Under the pieces are notes generated by a model. That model was not told where the DNA came from. It made no database searches and was given only the letters and a program-made list of their open reading frames with translations. From assembly GCA_050950285.1 (NCBI GenBank), contig JBMNHG010000002.1, positions 886,654 to 950,653 on the forward strand: 64,000 bases of DNA. The letters are read 5' to 3'. Source of the DNA: Kiritimatiellia bacterium. GTDB lineage: Bacteria; Verrucomicrobiota; Kiritimatiellia; RFP12; JBMNHG01. Position numbers and translations under genes: made by a program. Positions 57,025-64,000 of the stretch are shown here, piece by piece. Position 1 is the stretch's first letter. Each line of letters begins with the position of its first letter.

Positions 57025-60000
57025 TTGCCGGGCCTCGGTGTCGTGGTGTACTGCTGCAATGTGCCGTTACCCCCCCCATCCAACATTGAAGACCCCCGTT
57101 GAGATCCGCCGTAAAGGACCGCCGCACTCATTGTGCTCGGCAGTATGTTCATCGTGGCCTGTCCGGCAAACATCTTCGTAGCGGTTTGTGCCGTTACGTT
57201 TTGTATCTGTTCATTTGCAAATTTTGTTGTGATCTGCTTGCTTACGGCGATGGCGCTGCCCCGGCCTGCTGTGATTCCTTGGATTTTTGGACCCGGAATG
57301 AAGCTGACGGCAGTGCCCACCGTCACGTCGCGAGCAAAGTCCCCTGCATCAAATCCCTGCAACTGACCTGTTTCGACATAACTACTCGAATTATCGCCTA
57401 CCTGTTTCACAATATTTCCCATGGCAGCCCCGCCTGCGCCCGCGAGAATGGGATTTGCTGTGTAGAGCAAGATTGCGCCGCTCGTTGCTCCGGCGGTGGC
57501 GGCACCGATATAATTCTGAGATGGGCTGACTTGCCCCCCAATCAAGTCGGCAATACCCTGGCCTGCCAAGCCAATAATTGCGCCTCCGCCAATGAAAATG
57601 GCGTCGTCAACACCCGCCCAAAGACCTGCAGGATCAGAGAAACGGAGCGGGTTCGCGTTGGCATAGGCATACAGGTTGGCACCGCCTGCCATCCCAATCG
57701 GGTCACGTGCGGTCCAGCGCTGTAGCCTTGCGTGATAGTAGCGGTGCCGCGCGAAATACAGGTTCCCGGCGGCGGGCCGCAGGCCCACGCCGCCGCACCA
57801 CTGGTACGGCGTATCCGTCGCCCCCGTCCTCGCCATGACCTCGCCGTAGGGCGAGTAGAACCATTGATCGGTCGGCACGTTGTTTGTGTCGCTAAGCGCC
57901 AGCGTCGAGCCCTGGCCGTCGTGATGGAAGTAGCGGACCGTCCCGTCAGCCTCGATCTGCGCGACCGCGCCGCGGCCCCACACGAAACGGCGGATGAGCG
58001 CGCCGTTGCCGTCGAGTTCGGCCAAGGGTCGGCGCAACGGATCGGCGTAGTCCAACACGAAGATAGTGGTGTTCGTGCTGCCGGATTCAACGGTGACGGC
58101 GGCGACGCGGGATCCGTCGCCCGCGTAGTAATAGAACGCCGATTCCGAAGCCGCCGAAGCTGAAACGAGCCGGTTCTCGTAATCGTAGCCATACGTGTTG
58201 TCGCCATCGGTCGTCAGGTTGCCTTCGCCATCGTGTACCGGCGTCTTCTCGGTCCAGCTCTGCACGCCGGGATTCGTCTTGGTCTGGATGGCGGTTAACT
58301 CGTCGGCCGCATTCTGGGTGAGCCGCTTAACCATCGGGCTAACTGTAGGCAGCAGCCCGGCATTGATCTCCATCGCCGTGGTGTTGCCATGGGCATCGAG
58401 GGAATACACGCGATCAACGAAGTTGGAGGTTCCGTTGTGATACTGAATGCGCGTCAGGCGCGATGCGTCGTCCCAGGTCCATGTGCCGGTGGCCGCCGTG
58501 GGATAATCCACGCCGGTCTTGCGGTGCAGATCGTCATACGTGTAGGCCGTTGTGCGGTTCCCCCAGTCGGCAACCTGCGTCAACCGGTCGGCGGCGTCGA
58601 AGGTGTAGCCCACGGCAACGCTGCCTGGATACAGGATGTTCGTTCGGTTTCCGTTCCGGTCGTGAGAATAGCCAACCACGGATTGCACGGAACCCACGGA
58701 TTGGGTCACCACGGATAGCCGGTCCATCTGATCGAACCCGTACCAGACTTCGGCCACGGCGTTGCTCTGGTAGGTTCGCAGTCCGACTTCGTTGTAGGCG
58801 TAGCGGACCGTGTTCGTGTCGGGATAGGCTATCTGCGTCAGACGGTTGAGTTCGTCATAGGCGTATGCGATCACCGCGCCGTCGGCATCGTTGCGTTCGA
58901 GCAGATTGCCCGCCGCATCGAAGATGAAGCTCCGGGAGTTGCCCACGGCATCGGTTTCATTCGTCATGCGATTCATGCCGTCGAAGGCGAAGGTGCGGAC
59001 CTTGCCCAGTCCATTCTGGAAGGCGAGCAGGTTCCCGAGCGGGTCCAGGGTGTACCGTTCCGTCACCCCGTCCGGCTTGATCTCGGCGGTTCTGCGCCCT
59101 AATGCGTCATGCTCGAACTGCGTGGTGTAGCCCGTCTCGTCGGTTACGGCGACGAGTCTTCCGGCGGCGTCGAACGTGTTGCTGACGCTGTGCCCCAGGG
59201 GATCGACGGTTCGGATCAGGCGGTTGAGCGCGTCGTAAGCGAAGGCGGTCGCCTTGCCCAGCGCATTGGTCTGCGCGATTACATAGCCATTCGCGTCGAG
59301 GACAAAGCGGGTCGTGTTGCCGAGGCGGTCGGTAACGGCGATCCTGCGTCCGGCACTGTCAAACAGGTTGCTATGGACGCCGCCGCGCGGGTCCACGGTG
59401 GCGACGAGCAGGTCGCGGCTGTCATAGATGTTGGTGACGACGCTGCTGTCAGGGTGCATGATCGACGCCACCTTGTAGGTGGGGGTCCAGGCCGTCACGG
59501 TCTGGCGATCAAGCGGATCGACGACGGCGGTCCTGAGCCCTGCGGCGTTGTAGACGTTGCTGACGGTGTTGCCGAGCGCGTCCGCCACGGACGTGACCAA
59601 GCGGCGCTTGTTATAGGTCATGGTCGTGGCGTTGCCGTCGGCGTCCCGCGCCACAAGCAGATCGCCCCGCGCGCTCCAGGTGTTGGTGACCGTCCCTCCG
59701 TCCGTGCGGGCAATGGTTTGCGGGTTGCCGTAGTCGTCATAGGTGTACGTGGTGATGTTGCCGTTGGGGTCGGTGACGGTGTGCGCAAGGCCCTTGTGCG
59801 CGCCACCGGTGTAGTAGGTCAGCACGGTGGAGTTGGTCAGGGCATCCACCGTGTTGGTGAGGTGATGGCTGGCGTCGTAGCCGTAACGGGTCGTATTTCC
59901 GAGCGGGTCCGTAGCGGCGACGAGATGGTGGGTCGCGTCGTATTCGAAGCGCCAGGCGTTTCCGAGCGCGTCCAGGCGATTGGTCAGGTTGTGGTTCGCG

Positions 60001-63000
60001 TCGTATTGAAAGACGGTGACAAACCCGCGCGCGTTGACGTTGCTCGCCAGGCGGCCCTGTCCATCGTAGTAGCTGTAGGTGCGGTTACCGAGGGCGTCCG
60101 TCGTGCCGAGATTGCGCCCGTCGGCATCGAAGCGGTGTGTCGTTGCGCCACCCTGGGGATCGACTTCGGTCCCCTCGTAACCACTACAGAAGAAGGCCCA
60201 TGCTTCGCCATAGCCGTTGAACTGCGTGACGACCTGGCCGACCTCGTTATAGATGTTGCTCGCGGTCACCTGATCCAGCGGATCGATCAGGGCGGTCATC
60301 CGGTGGTCCGTGTCGTAGGCGTATTCCCAAACGCCGCCGTCGGGATCGGTGAAGCTGGTCAGATCGTCGCCGGTGTAGCCGAAGCTCACGGTGTGTCCGG
60401 TCCCGTCCGATACCTGCGTGAGCGCGCCGCCGGTATAGCTGAAGGTGAGCGCGCGGCTGTAGGAGTCGGTGACGGTCGAGAGATTCGTTTGCGCGTTGTA
60501 CGCGAGACTCATCGTGTTGCCGTCGGCGTCCACGATGGAGGAGAGAAGGCCATTGGCATCGAACCGGTATTCCGTGCCGAAACGCTCCACGAGCCGGAAC
60601 AGGCCGTTGATCTTGACGAGGCCGGTCGTGACGGCGGGCGGCGGGTTGTACGACCCGTCGGGCATGCGCATATAGCTCAGGCCGTGATCGCCCATGCGGA
60701 CGACAATCGTGTTCTGGCACATCTGGTCGAGCGCCCACTTCGTGGCCAACGCGGCGGTGGTCCACTCCCGCACCCCCGCGTTCTCGTCAAGCAGGTCGGC
60801 GACCACATAGGCGGCGGCGACAAGCGCGGCGGCGTCCGACGCCTGGCGCAGACCGAACGCGGCCGCTCCGTCGCTTGCCTCCGCAGCCTGGACATCAAGG
60901 TTGTGTCGCCATCCGTAGCCAAGCTGACGTGGGCGCGCGGCCTCGCCGCTGCTGTAGGACAAAACGAGCTGCTGTCCGCGCGGCTGCGGGGCGCTCCCGA
61001 GGGCAAGGGCCGGTTTCTGATGCAGCAAATGACCGGTGCGCAGGTCCACGGGATCGCGCGCCGTCGTGGCGGCGATCTGGGTTTGCGGCGCGGGGGAGAT
61101 GGCATTGACGTACAGGTTCTGCGTGGCCGGGACGCTGTACGGAACGGGCTCCCCGCCGTACCCGCCGCTGTAGCCGCCCCCGATGATCATTCCCATGGCG
61201 GCCGACCACGTCTGCCCCGACGACTGACTCCAGAAGTGAGCGAAACCGTAGCCAGACCATTGCCGCACGGAAATCGAGCCGTTTTCGGGAAGGAGGATCA
61301 CGGAATCCGCGTCCATCCGGGCATCGAGTTCCGAAAGCGTTTGCGCCGAGTAGTTGGTCAGCGCCGCGCGGACGGTTGACCAGTTCGCGCTGTCGGCAAG
61401 GAAGGTGCGGTGTCCGGCGGCGTTGTTCTCGAACGCGATCTTGATGGTGGATGCCGCAGGCCGGTTCGTGCCCTGCGTCTGTTCGAGAACGCCGTGTTCA
61501 AGCGCGCTGGCGAAGAAGCTGTCGGCCTTCATGAGCGTTTCCCAGTCCGATGCCTCGCCGGAGAAGGGCAGGGTTTGCGACCGCAGGCCGGGAAGGTCCA
61601 GATAGTACCCTTCTTCCTGCCCCATGACGCCCAGGAAGTGGTGACTGTAGCAGATCGCGTCCGCGATGTGCCCGAGCATGGCGCTGGAGAGCTTCCACTG
61701 TTCGAGGCCGCCGACTGCGGAGGCGTGCATGGCGTAGAGACGAGCCATCTCGCTGGATGGAGAGTGGCCAGCGGCCAGGAGCGATTCGAACTCGCGAGCC
61801 GCCTGCATGGATTGGCGTCGCGAGGCGGACCCGAAGTCGTAGACAAGCACGTAGCTGTTGGTGCTCTTCAAGGTCTGTTCAATCGAGTCGTCCGCCCATC
61901 CCGCGCTCGCATAGGGTTGGTCGATGGTCCAGGTCAGGGTGTTGGTTGCGCCGGGGGTGGTGGGAGCGCCAACGGCCACCGCTTCCCCGTCCAGCCACAG
62001 CTTGGGCGCGTAGCTTGCGGACGCGTCGTGCGTGATCATGAGAGGGCGGCCTCCCAACTCGTACCCGGAAAAGGTCCTGGCGATGTTCTGGTAGGTGACT
62101 GTTACGCTCAAGATTCGCGCGGCGGGCACATGATCGAACGTGGTGCGACTTGCGGAAGCGACGTCCTCGGCATACGGCAAAGCCGAAGGCAGATTCGTGA
62201 CGGCTTCAGGAGAAAAGACTCGGCCGCCGACGAGAGCGTCGATTCCCTTGGTGTCGTATTCCGCGCGAAGCGTGCCGAGCAGATTGGTGGCGAGTCGCGT
62301 CAGCTCGACGGACAGGTTGGCGGCGTTGACATCCCGGACCCAGGCGGCGTTGGTCGTTGCGCCTTGCATGGCGGCGGCCAGCAGGTTCGTCCGGTCGTAA
62401 GACAGGACGGACGCCAGGTTGGTCGCTTGCGTGACGGAGCACTCGGCAAAGGCGGGATCGAGCGTGTACCACTGCCCGCCGATATCGGCTTCGACCCACA
62501 CGCGGCGGATGCCCGTCCATATCTCCTGTCCCCCCGGCGCATAAACCGCATGCCAACCGTCGGCCGTGCCCGTGCCGAAGCCGTCCGGCCAGCCGCCGTT
62601 GTAGAACACGTAGCCCCCGAGATCGTTGTAGTCGCCATTCCCGCCGAAGCCGCACCAGCGCGAGAGCCGAGGGGTGTCGTAGTAGACGATTGCGGTGGCA
62701 TAGCGCGTCGCGTATCCGGCCGCGCGTAGCATGGCGGAGAGTAGTGCGGCCTGATCCCAGTCGTTTCCCTGACCGGCAACCAGGCAGCCGTGAGCGCCCA
62801 GCTTGACGCCATAGGTCGGGGCATCGTAACGGATATGGTTGCGGACGAACTCGTAAATCCTCAGCGGGTCGTTCCGCAGGGCGCTAACGGCCGTTTCGAT
62901 CTCGGGGGTAAGGGTGGTCTCGTTCGTACATGTGGTGGTTCCGCTCGCTTCGGTAAGCAAGACCATGCCGCCGCCCTTCTCCCCACCCGCGCCGGGACTC

Positions 63001-63131
63001 TGTGAATCCAGACGACGGGCGTTGGCGCGCCAGTCCGCACGCGCGAGGGGTGTGAAGAGAGCCAACGTCGCCAGAGCAACGCAAGCGAAGCGCATAGGAG
63101 CCCGATTGATCGTCACAAGCCGTCTTTTCAT
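57021..63131 (-). CDS. Full-length RHS/YD-repeat polymorphic toxin (~2036 aa) with signal peptide and N-terminal transglutaminase-like domain
   Basis: Signal peptide ...TPLARA; IYEFVRN...GNDWDQAALL.AMLRAAG and VWVE; DPVDLRTG; many YD repeats; FSDPAGL; glycine-rich C-terminus. Confidence 0.9.
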   Translation of the reverse strand: MKRRLVTINRAPMRFACVALATLALFTPLARADWRANARRLDSQSPGAGGEKGGGMVLLTEASGTTTCTNETTLTPEIETAVSALRNDPLRIYEFVRNHIRYDAPTYGVKLGAHGCLVAGQGNDWDQAALLSAMLRAAGYATRYATAIVYYDTPRLSRWCGFGGNGDYNDLGGYVFYNGGWPDGFGTGTADGWHAVYAPGGQEIWTGIRRVWVEADIGGQWYTLDPAFAECSVTQATNLASVLSYDRTNLLAAAMQGATTNAAWVRDVNAANLSVELTRLATNLLGTLRAEYDTKGIDALVGGRVFSPEAVTNLPSALPYAEDVASASRTTFDHVPAARILSVTVTYQNIARTFSGYELGGRPLMITHDASASYAPKLWLDGEAVAVGAPTTPGATNTLTWTIDQPYASAGWADDSIEQTLKSTNSYVLVYDFGSASRRQSMQAAREFESLLAAGHSPSSEMARLYAMHASAVGGLEQWKLSSAMLGHIADAICYSHHFLGVMGQEEGYYLDLPGLRSQTLPFSGEASDWETLMKADSFFASALEHGVLEQTQGTNRPAASTIKIAFENNAAGHRTFLADSANWSTVRAALTNYSAQTLSELDARMDADSVILLPENGSISVRQWSGYGFAHFWSQSSGQTWSAAMGMIIGGGYSGGYGGEPVPYSVPATQNLYVNAISPAPQTQIAATTARDPVDLRTGHLLHQKPALALGSAPQPRGQQLVLSYSSGEAARPRQLGYGWRHNLDVQAAEASDGAAAFGLRQASDAAALVAAAYVVADLLDENAGVREWTTAALATKWALDQMCQNTIVVRMGDHGLSYMRMPDGSYNPPPAVTTGLVKINGLFRLVERFGTEYRFDANGLLSSIVDADGNTMSLAYNAQTNLSTVTDSYSRALTFSYTGGALTQVSDGTGHTVSFGYTGDDLTSFTDPDGGVWEYAYDTDHRMTALIDPLDQVTASNIYNEVGQVVTQFNGYGEAWAFFCSGYEGTEVDPQGGATTHRFDADGRNLGTTDALGNRTYSYYDGQGRLASNVNARGFVTVFQYDANHNLTNRLDALGNAWRFEYDATHHLVAATDPLGNTTRYGYDASHHLTNTVDALTNSTVLTYYTGGAHKGLAHTVTDPNGNITTYTYDDYGNPQTIARTDGGTVTNTWSARGDLLVARDADGNATTMTYNKRRLVTSVADALGNTVSNVYNAAGLRTAVVDPLDRQTVTAWTPTYKVASIMHPDSSVVTNIYDSRDLLVATVDPRGGVHSNLFDSAGRRIAVTDRLGNTTRFVLDANGYVIAQTNALGKATAFAYDALNRLIRTVDPLGHSVSNTFDAAGRLVAVTDETGYTTQFEHDALGRRTAEIKPDGVTERYTLDPLGNLLAFQNGLGKVRTFAFDGMNRMTNETDAVGNSRSFIFDAAGNLLERNDADGAVIAYAYDELNRLTQIAYPDTNTVRYAYNEVGLRTYQSNAVAEVWYGFDQMDRLSVVTQSVGSVQSVVGYSHDRNGNRTNILYPGSVAVGYTFDAADRLTQVADWGNRTTAYTYDDLHRKTGVDYPTAATGTWTWDDASRLTRIQYHNGTSNFVDRVYSLDAHGNTTAMEINAGLLPTVSPMVKRLTQNAADELTAIQTKTNPGVQSWTEKTPVHDGEGNLTTDGDNTYGYDYENRLVSASAASESAFYYYAGDGSRVAAVTVESGSTNTTIFVLDYADPLRRPLAELDGNGALIRRFVWGRGAVAQIEADGTVRYFHHDGQGSTLALSDTNNVPTDQWFYSPYGEVMARTGATDTPYQWCGGVGLRPAAGNLYFARHRYYHARLQRWTARDPIGMAGGANLYAYANANPLRFSDPAGLWAGVDDAIFIGGGAIIGLAGQGIADLIGGQVSPSQNYIGAATAGATSGAILLYTANPILAGAGGAAMGNIVKQVGDNSSSYVETGQLQGFDAGDFARDVTVGTAVSFIPGPKIQGITAGRGSAIAVSKQITTKFANEQIQNVTAQTATKMFAGQATMNILPSTMSAAVLYGGSQRGSSMLDGGGNGTLQQYTTTPRPGK

Positions 63132-63153
63132 ATCCGGTTTCCCTCCCGTGGAA

Positions 63154-63999
63154 CTACTCGACGTTGAGATCGTCGCAGAGCACCGAGCCGCCGACGCCGC
63201 TGCGGATACGCATGGCACCGAGCCGCGTTATGCTGTCGTTCTTGAACCCGAGGCCGGACAGCTTGAGCGTGCCATCCACGTACAGGCTCCACGTCTTCGC
63301 GGAGTAGTTCTGCACGATCTTGAGTTCGACCCATTGATTGAGAAGGTTGGCCGTACCGGAGGCGGTGGACCAGGAGCCTCCGCCGGAACCGTTGCCGTCA
63401 AATGCGCGTAGGCCGGTTCCGGCTTCGAAACTTACCAGACTGCTCGCCGTGGCGGGCAGGTCGGTCGGCACGGAGAACTGGGGACCGAGATTGACAAACA
63501 GCGTCGTCGCAACGGAATTGTTCGTTGCGGCGAAGTGCATGGTCATGGTCGCTTCGAGGGCTTCAAGCTCGACGAACTGGCTTCCGGCGTGCGCCATGCC
63601 CGACTGCACGGTTGCGCCAGAACTCCCTTCCCAACCGTTCTGACCGTTCAGCGCGCCGATGCTGTAGCCATTCGCACTCTCGAATCCGGTGGTATACGGC
63701 AACGGGCTGTTGTGGGTGTTGATCGGGTCCGTTCCGTACACGAATAGCTCGTCGTAGTCCGACACCCCGTCACCGTCCGAATCCCAGGCGTTCGGATTCG
63801 TGCCATATAGGCGTTTCTCCCTGCCGTCGCTGATGCCGTCCCCGTCGGTGTCGTCGAGCGTCCAGCAGTCGTAGAAGCGGACCGTGTAATTCGTGGCATC
63901 CTCGTCCACCCACGAGAAGGAGTTCGTGCTCAGGTCCACGTTGGTCGTAAGCGCGATCACCCAGTCCTGTTCCATGAGGTTCGTGCAGGCGAAGAAGTC
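63154..63999 (-). CDS. Protein with DxDGDG Ca-binding (thrombospondin type 3-like) repeats and a C-terminal beta-sandwich (5' end outside window)
   Basis: DTDGDGISDGRE...GTNP and DSDGDGVSDYDE...GTDP; frame open to the window edge. Confidence 0.75.
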   Translation of the reverse strand, partial: DFFACTNLMEQDWVIALTTNVDLSTNSFSWVDEDATNYTVRFYDCWTLDDTDGDGISDGREKRLYGTNPNAWDSDGDGVSDYDELFVYGTDPINTHNSPLPYTTGFESANGYSIGALNGQNGWEGSSGATVQSGMAHAGSQFVELEALEATMTMHFAATNNSVATTLFVNLGPQFSVPTDLPATASSLVSFEAGTGLRAFDGNGSGGGSWSTASGTANLLNQWVELKIVQNYSAKTWSLYVDGTLKLSGLGFKNDSITRLGAMRIRSGVGGSVLCDDLNVE

Positions 64000-64000
64000 C

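Overview
GC-rich bacterial DNA, probably from the PVC superphylum (Kiritimatiellae/Lentisphaerae-like). This placement is inferred from a PEP-CTERM protein, large secreted beta-helix proteins ending in GT-hydrophobic-R, and REP-like hairpins. The window has three zones. (1) About 1.1-9.9 kb is an accessory island. A sigma-54 enhancer-binding protein with an unusual N-terminal sensor (degenerate DHH-like) is followed by two well-spaced -24/-12 promoter motifs. The first precedes a triple zinc-finger repeat protein and a PD-(D/E)XK nuclease; the second precedes a degenerate DNA polymerase III alpha fragment fused to a histidine phosphatase and a tandem-duplicated helical protein. (2) About 10-45 kb is mostly housekeeping and carbohydrate genes: comEC, a uxuA-uxuB fusion, DUF711/ACT, rluD, an aroC-aroD-aroE fusion coupled to aroK-aroB, pckG, kdsD, manC, coaX, a GspE/PilB ATPase, a probable 6S RNA and exbBD, plus a ~1900-aa secreted protein. 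(3) About 45.5-64 kb holds a secreted beta-helix protein, an IS4-family element and a polymorphic RHS toxin array on the minus strand. The array has one full-length RHS (signal peptide plus transglutaminase-like domain) and three C-terminal cassettes, each followed by a small membrane immunity candidate. Two cassettes carry their own start codon and signal peptide and are coupled to a mini YD-repeat gene. A 150-bp TA-flanked MITE containing REP-like hairpins occurs twice. All calls come from motif reading by eye; no database searches were run.
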